Shown here: positions 28,159 to 38,441 of the stretch, in pieces
Numbering within the stretch: the first letter of the stretch is position 1
How the letters are laid out: the number at the start of each line of letters is the position of its first letter
IMG/VR virus record: IMGVR_UViG_3300042540_001084
Length of the DNA stretch: 64,000 bases
Direction: 5' to 3' (one strand)
From: an uncultured virus (IMG/VR IMGVR_UViG_3300042540_001084)
Taxonomy: Duplodnaviria; Heunggongvirae; Uroviricota; Caudoviricetes
Notes under the pieces: generated by a model
Database searches by the model: none
Told to the model about the DNA's origin: nothing
Seen by the model: only the letters and a program-made list of their open reading frames with translations
Position numbers and translations under genes: made by a program

Positions 28159-30293
28159 CGAGATTTTCCAATTGGTAGTCCTGTTATTACACTAATACCA
28201 ATATCAACAACACCATTTTTAGCGTCCTCAACGCTTAAACCTTTTTGTGTTGCAATTTGGTAAAATGTCATTTTATTTGGTTGACCATCTGGTGTTGGTC
28301 CTGTTCGTAATCCATATCCCTGCATAGATTCTATAGCATTTATTGCCGCCCTTTCAGGTGAGAAACCTGGTAACGCATCCGCAAAAGCTAGAAGTGCTTT
28401 ATTAATTCCTGTACCTGGTAACTTTTTATTAATCAGTTTTAATATTTTTTGAATCGCACCAACTAATGATTTACATTCTCGGTAATTAACAACTGTTTGA
28501 ACAATAAATTCGCCCGCTTCTAACAATGATTGAATAATCAAAACTCTTTTATCTTTAGTTGTTCGATATATGTCTTTGAGTATTAACTTAACTATTCTAA
28601 GTAGATTCTTTTTTAGTTCCTCAAATAATATTTCTAAGAATTTTTCGGCAACTGCGGCAACAACTCCGAACACAAATTTTTTAAATTTTCTTGCAAAATC
28701 AACACCACTTGCAACTTGTGAACTTACAATATCATTGATTGTATTTGCAGACGCGATTGATGAGTTTCCTGAAATTACAATACTGTTTCCTGATTGAATA
28801 ATTTCATTTGCAAACCCTAAAATTTGATTTTCTAGTACAGATTTAAATGTAAAAAGAGGGAGTAAAACTTTTGGTGTAAAAATTGACGCTAATAACGCAA
28901 CAGGAAGTTTCTGTAAAATATTTTGTAACCAAGCCTCATTTAACCCTACTCCTGGAAAAGTATTTTCCCAATTGTCTACAATTGAATCTAAAATACCTTC
29001 AAGTAAATCAACTTGTTCATTAACACTTAAGTCATCATTTATTTGAGTTAATTGTTCTAAAATAACCTGATTGTTTACAGGAACATTGATATTATTACAT
29101 TCTACGAATGTCACGACACCATTTAAGGCGTCATTAACAAACTGATTAATATTGTTATTATCTACCTCATTAAATTCAAAAAACTCATCACCAATATTAT
29201 CGTATTCAGATATTTTTGATGTTCCTGCAACATCAATTTCTTTAGGACCCGACTCACATAAACCAAAAATCCTATTTAAAATTAATATAAATTTAGATTG
29301 CTCCTCAACCTGAGTTGATGTTAAATCTACGGAAAGAGAACCCGTTAATAAATTTATTAAGTTTGCAGCAAAAACCCTACTATCAAATACCTTGATAGAT
29401 TGGTAATAATCACCCAAAGAATCAACTATCGTATTTGCCGAGTATTTTAATGTACTTCCTGTTGTTGGAGGGGGAACATACTGTCCACTCTTATCAGGTC
29501 TCTGTAATAAAAACATCCTAAGATAATCTCCAGTTGCCCCAATATCATTTTGTTTAACGTATTCAAAATCCCAAAGATTTGTATTTGATTTACCGTAATA
29601 AGGTAAGTCATATTCATACTTAAAAGTTTGATTTAAATTTTGAGTTCTATTTTGTAGCTCAAAATTCATTGGGAACTTTTTAGCTCCACTATAGTTTATG
29701 TATGGTGATAGTTGTGTAAATCCTGTTGTTTCGTAATATATTCGACCAACTAATGAATTTGGTTTAACCTTCAAACTACCAAAAAAATCAATTTCTTCTA
29801 AGTTAACATAAATTGATTCGTTTGCCGGTAATGTAGATAAGCTTGGTAAGGAATCTAATACTGTCTGTGAAATAGATGGGTAAGTTTGTTGTTGTGCACA
29901 ACCTAAAGCTTTAAACGCTTCATCTGCAATAACTTTTGCAACATACGGTTCCATCTTGAATACCGCATCCAATAATATTTTTCTTAGTGCTCTAGTTGTT
30001 TCAAGACCACCCTGACCTTGTGAATTTGCGTTTGCCGAACTTTTAATTAATTTTAAGAGTTGGTCGTAACTTGTTGGTACGTTTCTTTGAAACGCTTTCT
30101 GTCCTTCAGTGACACTATTGAGTTGTTGTGCAATTGCATTAGTCCCTTGTGCATCTGAATTACCTTTCGTAGATGAAACTTCTTTTTGTGATGTAGTTGC
30201 TTGTGTATATGCCCCAAAAGCACCTATTTGTGATTGGATACTTTTGTACCCATCAGTTAAATCTGGTGATATATTTGAAACGTCATACGGCAT
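28155..30293 (-). CDS. Hypothetical protein (712 aa), probably structural
   Basis: Long ORF in the operon leading to the gp5-like gene. Confidence 0.7.
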   Translation of the reverse strand: MPYDVSNISPDLTDGYKSIQSQIGAFGAYTQATTSQKEVSSTKGNSDAQGTNAIAQQLNSVTEGQKAFQRNVPTSYDQLLKLIKSSANANSQGQGGLETTRALRKILLDAVFKMEPYVAKVIADEAFKALGCAQQQTYPSISQTVLDSLPSLSTLPANESIYVNLEEIDFFGSLKVKPNSLVGRIYYETTGFTQLSPYINYSGAKKFPMNFELQNRTQNLNQTFKYEYDLPYYGKSNTNLWDFEYVKQNDIGATGDYLRMFLLQRPDKSGQYVPPPTTGSTLKYSANTIVDSLGDYYQSIKVFDSRVFAANLINLLTGSLSVDLTSTQVEEQSKFILILNRIFGLCESGPKEIDVAGTSKISEYDNIGDEFFEFNEVDNNNINQFVNDALNGVVTFVECNNINVPVNNQVILEQLTQINDDLSVNEQVDLLEGILDSIVDNWENTFPGVGLNEAWLQNILQKLPVALLASIFTPKVLLPLFTFKSVLENQILGFANEIIQSGNSIVISGNSSIASANTINDIVSSQVASGVDFARKFKKFVFGVVAAVAEKFLEILFEELKKNLLRIVKLILKDIYRTTKDKRVLIIQSLLEAGEFIVQTVVNYRECKSLVGAIQKILKLINKKLPGTGINKALLAFADALPGFSPERAAINAIESMQGYGLRTGPTPDGQPNKMTFYQIATQKGLSVEDAKNGVVDIGISVITGLPIGKSR

Positions 30294-30294
30294 A

Positions 30295-30666
30295 TTATTT
30301 CATTTTGTATGTGGGTTCATCATCATCGATGTCAGAATCTCTATCAATAAGTGAACGCATCAATTCATCGTCCATATCAGATAAAGAAAATGATTCTTGA
30401 TTTGATGACGACTTCTCCCAAATTCCTGCTTGTAGTTTTGAAAGTGTTAACTTTTTTTCTACACAGTCGTTTATAATTTTTTGTTGTTTTTCAATGACAG
30501 GACCTAATTTTTGCATATCTGATGCTTCCTTCATCATTGATAACATTTTATTTTGTATCCTAATTGCTGTGTTACGTTGCTCAACAATTTCGTTATAAAT
30601 TTCTTGCATAAGAGACAACATTGACTCTTTTGTAAGATTAATCTCTTTTTTTTGTGGTCTTGGCAT
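30295..30666 (-). CDS. Hypothetical coiled-coil protein
   Basis: ORF; TATTTAT 4 nt upstream. Confidence 0.75.
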   Translation of the reverse strand: MPRPQKKEINLTKESMLSLMQEIYNEIVEQRNTAIRIQNKMLSMMKEASDMQKLGPVIEKQQKIINDCVEKKLTLSKLQAGIWEKSSSNQESFSLSDMDDELMRSLIDRDSDIDDDEPTYKMK

Positions 30667-30683
30667 ACCTATAAATATTTTTC

Positions 30684-31436
30684 TTAAGTTTTTATTCTAC
30701 CTTGCACCACAACATAAAGTTTTTTAAACTTTTTCATTGAGTTTCTAATCTCTTTTGTTGAAAGATTTGTCATCTCTCTTAAAGAGAGTAAAATAATGTT
30801 TTTATTGAATTTATTATTGTCTGTACCTGAAAATATCTCTTCATAGTTTTCAAATAAATCAATAAGGGCGTAACCTAGTTTAACCTCACTATGACTTAAA
30901 GAATCTTCTTCAATAAATCCTCTAAGTTCGTCCAAATATTTTTTTATCACAAAATCAGTTTCAACGACTTCGGTATCAATATGATATATCATATCAGCTC
31001 TTTCTTCTAATGAGGTTGATATGTCTTCATAAGAAACTTTACGATTAGTTTCTTTTTGGTCTTTAATTATTTGACCCATCAAATAATTCTTACAAATAGT
31101 CCCAAAATATGAATAAGCCTTCTTATTTTTAGAAGGCTTAAACTTATCAACTTTTGTCATTAAGAATGAATGAGTATCGTTATGGATTTCCCTGAAATCC
31201 ATATCTTTTCTATAAAGTTTGTATCTACGTATAATTGAGGATATCATTTTATCCAATGGCATACGTAGAAATTCGTTATAAATTCTATTTTTTTCTTCTT
31301 GCGTTTCCGCTAAAAGAAAACTTTTAACAGCCTCTTCTTCCCTTACGTCAAAATAATTCGTAGTTTGACCTGTAGATTTCCTACCGCGTTTTTTTGCGGT
31401 GGACTCTTCTGTTGTAGCTGATAGAACCTCTAGCAT
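30684..31436 (-). CDS. Phage sigma factor, T4 gp55 (late sigma)-like
   Basis: Sigma region 2-like KVDKFKPSKNKKAYSYFGTICKNYLMGQIIKDQK. Confidence 0.6.
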   Translation of the reverse strand: MLEVLSATTEESTAKKRGRKSTGQTTNYFDVREEEAVKSFLLAETQEEKNRIYNEFLRMPLDKMISSIIRRYKLYRKDMDFREIHNDTHSFLMTKVDKFKPSKNKKAYSYFGTICKNYLMGQIIKDQKETNRKVSYEDISTSLEERADMIYHIDTEVVETDFVIKKYLDELRGFIEEDSLSHSEVKLGYALIDLFENYEEIFSGTDNNKFNKNIILLSLREMTNLSTKEIRNSMKKFKKLYVVVQGRIKT

Positions 31437-32242
31437 TATCCATTTTGACTCTCATACTTTATGGTTCTATCATTTGAGAAGAAATATTCTTTTTTAGCTG
31501 TTTGGACCCAAAACTTAACCTCATCCTCAACCATTTTCTCATCACTAAACTTGTAGTTCCAAAACAATGAACCTGTTCTCATATTTGTATGTTTGTATCC
31601 TAATCTTGGGATTGTCATAATAGATACCGAATTGTATGTCATTCTAAGTAAAAATTCGTATACGAATGTAAGTTTGATTGAAGATTTAAAACCACCAAAC
31701 TCTTCGACAACGCTCTTTTTAATTACCATACCTGAGCTTTGGAAGTTTTGATAATCTTGTAGAATATCATTTGTCAAATATCCCATTTCTTGTGAGAAGT
31801 TTGCGGCAAATACCGCTTCATTTGTGAAACCAGCAAAAACTTCTTTATCATCAACATCAACAACTACAGGTAAGAAAGCTTGTACTTCAGGATATGATTT
31901 TGAATACTTTAAAACATTTTTAAACCAAATTGATGCGTATTCGTCATCAAATTCAAAAAATGAAATCCATTCACCCTTGGCTTGTGATACACCATAATTA
32001 ATTTGTGATGAATAATTTGGTTCACCATCGTAATTTAATTTTACAACATTCAAGTCACCAAAATCAAATGATTCTAAGTAAGACTTTAGTTGTTCTTCAT
32101 TTGAACTAACAATGATTAATTCTTCAAAACCAACCATTTGGTTTTTTAATGAAGTAATTGCTTTATTAAAATACTCATCAAAATTTAATGCTAATGATGA
32201 TTTGATGGGTAGGATTACTGATAAATTTAATTTTTCTTCCAT
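31436..32242 (-). CDS. Glycosyltransferase family 2
   Basis: LSVILP...NYGVSQAKGEWISFFEFDD. Confidence 0.8.
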   Translation of the reverse strand: MEEKLNLSVILPIKSSLALNFDEYFNKAITSLKNQMVGFEELIIVSSNEEQLKSYLESFDFGDLNVVKLNYDGEPNYSSQINYGVSQAKGEWISFFEFDDEYASIWFKNVLKYSKSYPEVQAFLPVVVDVDDKEVFAGFTNEAVFAANFSQEMGYLTNDILQDYQNFQSSGMVIKKSVVEEFGGFKSSIKLTFVYEFLLRMTYNSVSIMTIPRLGYKHTNMRTGSLFWNYKFSDEKMVEDEVKFWVQTAKKEYFFSNDRTIKYESQNG

Positions 32243-32243
32243 A

Positions 32244-33299
32244 TTATTCTGCGAATTTTGAGATTTGTTCTTCCATAGATTCTGCTCTGGTATTAAGGTA
32301 TCCCGAGAACACTTCTATCACTTTATTTTGAAACGACTCTTTATTTGGTAAAGGTTCGATTGTTATATCTAAATTTTTAAGGACATCTTCTGAAATGTCA
32401 TCTTCTAACCAATGTTGAGACCAATCGGCAATTAATTCAGGTAGTAAAGTTTCGTCCTTAATCCACACACCATTAGTTTCATTCATCCACTCAGGTTTCA
32501 AGTTTGGTTGGATACCAATTGTTGGAACACCACATTTCATACTCTCCAATGGGAAGGTACCGTAAGCACTGTTTCTATCAATCCAAACTGTTAAGAAACA
32601 TTCTGAGATTGCCTTAGCGAATTGTTCTTGACTCAATCCACGTAAATCTCTAAACGTAAACCATCTAAACTGAGGGAATCTCAAATAGAAAGTTTTGATT
32701 AGGTTAATTGTATCTTCTTGTTCTCTTGAGTGAACACCGATAATTGGCATCGGAAGTCTTTCAGACTTTTTGAAGTAATCCTCAATAAATGGTTCGATAA
32801 CATCAAAAGTTTGACCTCTCATAACTTTTTGAATGTAGTCTTTTTGAACTTCACTTGTGGTGATACATTTTAAGAAACCAAACTGATTCCAAGTTTGACC
32901 TGGTTGTAATGTTTCCAACATATATGAATAACCCTGAGTTAATACAATTTTACCACAAGGTAAGTTTTTAACTTGGTCCATCATAAACCCAAAGATTTCA
33001 GGGATTACCAAAAAGTCTTCAGGTGCAATTTCAATATTCTCACCTTCAATAACTTTATGAGGGATTTCATTCATATACTCCTCATTCAACCATCCTGAAA
33101 CTCCTGTGTAATCTTTCTTCTCGTGAAGAATGATTGCGTTGTAACCCCCTCTTTTAAGAGTCAACGCCATATCATAAATGTATTTTATTGATGCTTTCGC
33201 ATTTCCTTTTGTGTCGTGCACAAAGAAATAAATTTTAGACGACTTATCTCTAAGTTTGTCTATAGATTGTTTTACCTTGTCAATTTGTAATTGGTCCAT
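32244..33299 (-). CDS. GT-B fold glycosyltransferase
   Basis: FLVIPE; YGTFPLESMKCGVP nucleotide-sugar-binding motif. Confidence 0.7.
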   Translation of the reverse strand: MDQLQIDKVKQSIDKLRDKSSKIYFFVHDTKGNAKASIKYIYDMALTLKRGGYNAIILHEKKDYTGVSGWLNEEYMNEIPHKVIEGENIEIAPEDFLVIPEIFGFMMDQVKNLPCGKIVLTQGYSYMLETLQPGQTWNQFGFLKCITTSEVQKDYIQKVMRGQTFDVIEPFIEDYFKKSERLPMPIIGVHSREQEDTINLIKTFYLRFPQFRWFTFRDLRGLSQEQFAKAISECFLTVWIDRNSAYGTFPLESMKCGVPTIGIQPNLKPEWMNETNGVWIKDETLLPELIADWSQHWLEDDISEDVLKNLDITIEPLPNKESFQNKVIEVFSGYLNTRAESMEEQISKFAE

Positions 33300-33300
33300 A

Positions 33301-33576
33301 TTAATAATGATTTATTATATTTTTGTTTAATAATGAGTTAAATGCTAATCTAAATGGTATGGATATTTCTGAACTTTTAAGTCCTAATTTATTGTCTCCC
33401 ATATCCATTTCACTAAAAATAACATCTAACATTAATTTAATTAGCTCGTATTTTACAACATTAATTTTCATTTCCGTCCCACCTGAAAGATTTAAACTTT
33501 CGTCACCGATAGTATCAATGTATGATTCGATTTTATCGAAATCCACATAATAGTTTTGTCCAAATACTTCTATCAT
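33301..33576 (-). CDS. Hypothetical protein
   Basis: Coupled ORF in the operon. Confidence 0.7.
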   Translation of the reverse strand: MIEVFGQNYYVDFDKIESYIDTIGDESLNLSGGTEMKINVVKYELIKLMLDVIFSEMDMGDNKLGLKSSEISIPFRLAFNSLLNKNIINHY

Positions 33577-34163
33577 AATTTTTCTATAATTTCTTTAAGT
33601 TCTTTAATAGTATTAATATTGTGTGTTATATCAATATCTGTATTATAGACAGTGTTGAATTTTATCACAATTTTATCAGTAGGGTGATTTAATAATAAGT
33701 TAGGATTAGCCGTAAGTAAAACATCTATTTCATCCCACATAGAATTAGTGGTGATTTCTGAGTAGAATTTTATCTTTTCTACTAAACATCCAAACTTAGA
33801 TAAGAAGAATAATGTTGCGGGTTTTGATTTACCAATCTCATCAGATACAATAATAATTTCGTTATTATCTCTGTGGTCAGTATAAAACTCGTTGAAGTCG
33901 TTAAATGATGTCATTTCTACGGACGGAGCGTGACCAAATATTTCCATAGTATGTTCTCTATACAAGAAGTCATAAACCTCATCCTCATCTTTGAATTTCA
34001 GGTGTTTTGAAATATCTAAAGTTTCTACGGGTGATAACACTTCATAAGGTTCTTTTTCCTCATCAGTGATAAATGGATTATCAACATAGAACTTAGTATA
34101 GACCTGTTCAATTCTTAAAAGAGTGTCTCTAAGAACTCCGTTAACATCAATTGCGATTCTCAT
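33573..34163 (-). CDS. HAD-fold protein, 5'(3')-deoxyribonucleotidase-like (degenerate DxN motif)
   Basis: MRIAIDVNGVLRD; C-terminal ..YN. Confidence 0.6.
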   Translation of the reverse strand: MRIAIDVNGVLRDTLLRIEQVYTKFYVDNPFITDEEKEPYEVLSPVETLDISKHLKFKDEDEVYDFLYREHTMEIFGHAPSVEMTSFNDFNEFYTDHRDNNEIIIVSDEIGKSKPATLFFLSKFGCLVEKIKFYSEITTNSMWDEIDVLLTANPNLLLNHPTDKIVIKFNTVYNTDIDITHNINTIKELKEIIEKL

Positions 34164-34164
34164 T

Positions 34165-34899
34165 TTAATCTTCGTATCTTTTTAGTATTTTGGTAATCAA
34201 AGGATTTCTCACAACATCAGTATCTTTGAACTCGTGAGTTCCGATGTTATCTAAATCTGAGAATCTTTTCATCGCGTCCCACAAACCTGAGTGTGTTTTA
34301 TCTTTGTATCGGTCAGTTTGTTCTAAGTCACCTGAGATAAAGAATTTGGAGTTAAACCCAATTCTTGTCAAAAGCAATTTCATTTGATTGGGGGTTGCGT
34401 TCTGAGCTTCTTCAAAGATTAGAATTGAGTTGTCAATATTCATACCTCTCATATAAGCCAATGCGAATACTTCAATCGCTTCAATATCTTTTAATTTTTC
34501 ACGTGCGTCTTTACCGATAATTTTGTTTAAAAGGTAATAACTTGGGAAGATATATGGGTCAAGTTTCTCTTCAACATTACCCGGTAAAGAACCCAGTTTT
34601 TCTTCAGCTTCAACCGCTGGTCTAACAATGATTATCTTTTCGTAAGGTGTACTAGGGTCAGCTAATAGGTCAATAGCCGCTTTCATTGCTATGTAACTTT
34701 TACCCACACCTGCAGGACCCGAACAAATTGTGATTTCAGATGTTTTTAATTTTTCGTAATACAACTTCTGACTTTCACTTAGAAATTTTTCTTTTGTTTG
34801 TCTTTTTATGATTGTTGAAATCAGTTCCTTTTTAGTTCTTGGTGAACCACCATACTCAGGAGTTGGTGTTGGGTTGTTTGTTTTTTTCTTCATCCTCAT
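34165..34899 (-). CDS. phoH: PhoH-family ATPase
   Basis: GPAGVGKS, RPAVEAEEKLGSLPG, AYMRG, EEAQN, GDLEQTD, DVVRNPL. Confidence 0.93.
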   Translation of the reverse strand: MRMKKKTNNPTPTPEYGGSPRTKKELISTIIKRQTKEKFLSESQKLYYEKLKTSEITICSGPAGVGKSYIAMKAAIDLLADPSTPYEKIIIVRPAVEAEEKLGSLPGNVEEKLDPYIFPSYYLLNKIIGKDAREKLKDIEAIEVFALAYMRGMNIDNSILIFEEAQNATPNQMKLLLTRIGFNSKFFISGDLEQTDRYKDKTHSGLWDAMKRFSDLDNIGTHEFKDTDVVRNPLITKILKRYED

Positions 34900-35036
34900 T
34901 ATTTTATACGTTCTCGTTCAATCGGGTATTCACCTAATTTTCTTTTGTAGATAGTTTTTCCTTTATCAGGACTTTCATAAATGTATGGTTTGTCCTCGGT
35001 TTGTTTTTCCGGTTTTTTTGGTTTTTTTTCTGACAT
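34899..35036 (-). CDS. Small hypothetical protein (45 aa; ...PYIYESPDKGKTIYKRKLG...), missing from the ORF track
   Basis: Fills the gap exactly, with TAATG overlaps to gmd and phoH. Confidence 0.75.
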   Translation of the reverse strand: MSEKKPKKPEKQTEDKPYIYESPDKGKTIYKRKLGEYPIERERIK

Positions 35037-36016
35037 TATAGTTGTTTTGAAAAATGGTTATACCAATATTCAACCATTTCATCTAACATTGACTCAAATG
35101 TATATTCAGGTTTCCAACCAAGTATTGTTCTAGCCTTTGTAGAATCTCCCTTAAGATATTTTAATTCTTCAGGTCTGATGAAAATTGGATTTTGTGTTAC
35201 ATAGTCTTCATAGTTCATATTCATACTATCAAAAACATATTTTGTCATATCTCTTACAGAGTGGGTTTGCATTGTTGATACAACAAAGTCTTCAGGTGTT
35301 TCGTGATTCATAATTAAATGCATTGCTTTAACATAATCTTTTGAGTGACCCCAATCTCTGTATGAGTCTAAATTCCCTAATTCTAATTTTTTCTCAAGAC
35401 CAAGTTTAATTTGTACTGCGGTTTTAACAACTTTGTTAGTTACAAAATTTGAACCTCGTCTTGGTGACTCGTGATTAAATAATATTCCGTTAGTTGCGTG
35501 TAATCCGTATGCCTTTCTATAGTTTCTAACGATAGAATAACCAAACAATTTTGAACATCCATAAGGTGATACTGGATGCATCGGGGTGGTTTCTCTTTGA
35601 AACCCATCCTCATCAACACTATTACCAAACATTTCAGAAGATGACGCTTGATAAAATTTAGCGTTTGGTACAACTCTTCTGTATGACTCTAAAACATTCA
35701 ATACACCAAGAGCATTTGTTTTAACCGTAAATTGTGGCATATCAAAAGATATTCTTACGTGACTTTGTGCACCAATGTTATAAATTTCATCAGGTCTTAC
35801 TTTTTCTAAAATTCTATCAATAGAACTTTCATCCAATAAGTCTCCATAATGTGTTGTTATTTGGTCTGTTAAGTGATAAACTCTTGAATCTTGGTTCTCG
35901 GACATAGAATTTCTTCTAACCATACCGTGAACTTCATAACCCATAGTTAATAAGTGTTCCGCCAAGTAACTACCGTCTTGACCATTAATTCCTGTTATAA
36001 AAGCTACTTTACTCAT
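35036..36016 (-). CDS. gmd: GDP-mannose 4,6-dehydratase
   Basis: ITGINGQDGSYL, AQSHV, QASSSE, YGCSK, LFNHESPRRG, RDWGH. Confidence 0.95.
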   Translation of the reverse strand: MSKVAFITGINGQDGSYLAEHLLTMGYEVHGMVRRNSMSENQDSRVYHLTDQITTHYGDLLDESSIDRILEKVRPDEIYNIGAQSHVRISFDMPQFTVKTNALGVLNVLESYRRVVPNAKFYQASSSEMFGNSVDEDGFQRETTPMHPVSPYGCSKLFGYSIVRNYRKAYGLHATNGILFNHESPRRGSNFVTNKVVKTAVQIKLGLEKKLELGNLDSYRDWGHSKDYVKAMHLIMNHETPEDFVVSTMQTHSVRDMTKYVFDSMNMNYEDYVTQNPIFIRPEELKYLKGDSTKARTILGWKPEYTFESMLDEMVEYWYNHFSKQL

Positions 36017-36609
36017 TTTTTAAAAATATCCATTTCTGTTAAATCTGGCCAATCTGTAACCACCCATTTTTTTGGTTCTGTGTTGATTGCGTCCTCTAGT
36101 TTTGATAAACCCAATTTTGCGGTTTCTGGCGTCATATAATAGTGATAACCAAAAGTGTCGATGTTTTGGTCTCTCCAAGGTATCATAGGTAATCTACCGT
36201 CGTATGACATTTTTTTAATTTGATTTTTATCGTGTTCGTTATCTAATAATATAACCCCACCTCTACCTAAAGATAAGTGTTTTTGGTATTGAAAACTAAT
36301 TCCCATAAATGTATCTGGGATATAAGAATCTTTTTTCCATAAAACAGCGGCATCAATTACTCTGTCTGTAATGTAGTAGTAATCTTGCCAAGCTTCGATT
36401 CTCCATTCTAAACCAATGTTTAATTTATTAGCTAAAAATGGGATGGATAAGTATGTTCTTGTTGGCACTGAAATTTCTTTAGTTTCCAAATATCTAAGAA
36501 CAACTTCAATCCCGTGTGTGCAACTATCAAAAGCAACTGCGAACGGTGCTCCAAAAAACTCCGCAACTTTACTTTCAAATTCCTGAACAATTTCAAATGT
36601 TGGTGTCAT
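36013..36609 (-). CDS. Short DegT/DnrJ/EryC1/StrS PLP-dependent sugar aminotransferase
   Basis: DSCTHG, IDAA, SFQYQKHL..G.GG (PLP lysine), G..Y.MT; only 198 aa. Confidence 0.75.
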   Translation of the reverse strand: MTPTFEIVQEFESKVAEFFGAPFAVAFDSCTHGIEVVLRYLETKEISVPTRTYLSIPFLANKLNIGLEWRIEAWQDYYYITDRVIDAAVLWKKDSYIPDTFMGISFQYQKHLSLGRGGVILLDNEHDKNQIKKMSYDGRLPMIPWRDQNIDTFGYHYYMTPETAKLGLSKLEDAINTEPKKWVVTDWPDLTEMDIFKK

Positions 36610-36610
36610 A

Positions 36611-37147
36611 TTACTTTTTTTTACATTCTACGTTTAAACTAATTAAAGTTCCGTGTTCTTTATCCATATGTGGTAGATATGCTTGAGAATGGTCATCAAT
36701 GTGTGAATGTTCAGTCTCCCTCCAATCATACACTGATACATCCGTAAAACCATTGTTTTCTAACAAAGTCTTTAATGATTTAAAGTCATAACAAGTTCTA
36801 TGATATATTTTGGTGTCACCCATATCCATTCTACCGTATAGAGGGCCTAAAAATGATTCTAATTCACCACCAACAATATAGAGATGAACCATTGATTCAA
36901 AATCAGGAACCGCCAATCTTAAAACGCCATTTGGTTTTAAAACTCTTAACCATTCTTTCAATACCTCAATAACTTCAATTCTATCAAAGTATTCCAAAGT
37001 GTGTGATGAATAAATTAAATCAACTGTATTTTCTTCAAAATCTAATTTTGTAATATCGTGACTTTTAATGTGTGGGAAGTCCGCCCCATCGATGTGAATC
37101 CATTCAGGACCAAAATCTCTTTTACCGCAACCAAGATGTAATTTCAT
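36611..37147 (-). CDS. Class I SAM-dependent methyltransferase
   Basis: KLHLGCG, IYSSHTLEY, RVLKPNG.LRLAVPD; ATG at 37147. Confidence 0.85.
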   Translation of the reverse strand: MKLHLGCGKRDFGPEWIHIDGADFPHIKSHDITKLDFEENTVDLIYSSHTLEYFDRIEVIEVLKEWLRVLKPNGVLRLAVPDFESMVHLYIVGGELESFLGPLYGRMDMGDTKIYHRTCYDFKSLKTLLENNGFTDVSVYDWRETEHSHIDDHSQAYLPHMDKEHGTLISLNVECKKK

Positions 37148-37148
37148 A

Positions 37149-37562
37149 TTATTCAATAAATGTTTTATCTAATTTTTGACCTTCATATGGACCTGTTTTA
37201 TATTCATAAACCAAAGTGTTGTCTTCCAAAATATAGTAATTATGTCCACCTTCTAAAGTGAAACTGGCATCACCCACATTTAATATTGGTTCGGCAATTA
37301 TAGTGTCATCAATATCATAAAAAATACATTTTACAGAGCCTTGGATTACAATCCAACTTTCTTGGGCGATTACATTACGAGTTCTTTCTTTCCAAATGTG
37401 TTTATGTGGTTTAAATGTTTTACCTTCCTCCATATTCAAGATTGAACATTGGATAAAGTTTTCTTCAGAGATTACATCTTGTCTTCCTGGAGTGATGTCA
37501 TCTTTTCTAACAATTAAATGAAGAAGTTTAGATGGGTCTACTTTTGAATATATTTTTTCCAT
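37149..37562 (-). CDS. WbuC-like cupin protein
   Basis: PHKH...QE....QG...GGH...E.K.GPY. Confidence 0.7.
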   Translation of the reverse strand: MEKIYSKVDPSKLLHLIVRKDDITPGRQDVISEENFIQCSILNMEEGKTFKPHKHIWKERTRNVIAQESWIVIQGSVKCIFYDIDDTIIAEPILNVGDASFTLEGGHNYYILEDNTLVYEYKTGPYEGQKLDKTFIE

Positions 37563-38404
37563 TATAATACTTTTTTATTGTCAATCGCCATTTTTATTGT
37601 TGGCCAAATATTATATTTGTTTAGGACTAAGTGTCTTGCTTCTTTTAGATTTTCAATATTTTCTTCTCTATAGTTTGAATTTGCAATTTCAAGTATTTGA
37701 CTAATTGCATAATCGATACCTTTAGAATCATCAAATTCGATATAACTACCTTTTGGAAAAAACTTACTAATTTGTTTACAACCTGAATAAATTGGCATTG
37801 TAAGTAATAAAATTGGGTCAACAAATTTTTCACTGAAATAAAAATCAGTTTTACCGTTTTCAATAACTAAGTTGTAATTGTAATCAATTAAACCTTGTTT
37901 TTTATCTCTAGGAGGTAGGGCGTGACCTGGTCTGATATGTCCGTAAACATCAACATCTTGTGAATAATTCGTCATCAATTTTGTAACCAATTCTTTTCTA
38001 AAATGATGATATTCTGTCATAATTCTACCAGAATCTATTGCGGATAGTTTTTTAGTCTTTGTTGGGTTTAAATCAAACAACTCATTAAATGGGTGTTTAA
38101 CCCACCAAGTCGATGGTAACCAACAATTACCTGCTTCGTGATGATAGTTCCCATATGAATTTCTTTTCCATTCATAATACGCAACTGTTACGTGTTTAGG
38201 TTCTCTACCAAAATAAATTACTTTGGAGTCATCAACATCCTCAGGGGTCCCATCTTGCACGATAATAAAATCCGACTCTGATTTATTTAATGTGTATGTA
38301 ACATCTTCCCAAACACCTAAACTATTTGGGGTTTGGTCAATAATGTTTCTTACTAATGATTCTGAGTCTCCCCAAGAAGTATTTGCAAAATATATTTTTT
38401 TCAT
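37562..38404 (-). CDS. GT10-like (fucosyltransferase-type) glycosyltransferase
   Basis: K..GL.DYNYNLVIEN...YFSEKFVDP......PIYSG. Confidence 0.75.
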   Translation of the reverse strand: MKKIYFANTSWGDSESLVRNIIDQTPNSLGVWEDVTYTLNKSESDFIIVQDGTPEDVDDSKVIYFGREPKHVTVAYYEWKRNSYGNYHHEAGNCWLPSTWWVKHPFNELFDLNPTKTKKLSAIDSGRIMTEYHHFRKELVTKLMTNYSQDVDVYGHIRPGHALPPRDKKQGLIDYNYNLVIENGKTDFYFSEKFVDPILLLTMPIYSGCKQISKFFPKGSYIEFDDSKGIDYAISQILEIANSNYREENIENLKEARHLVLNKYNIWPTIKMAIDNKKVL

Positions 38405-38441
38405 TTTAAAAATATAAAAGGTTTTATTTTAAAAAAAAGAA

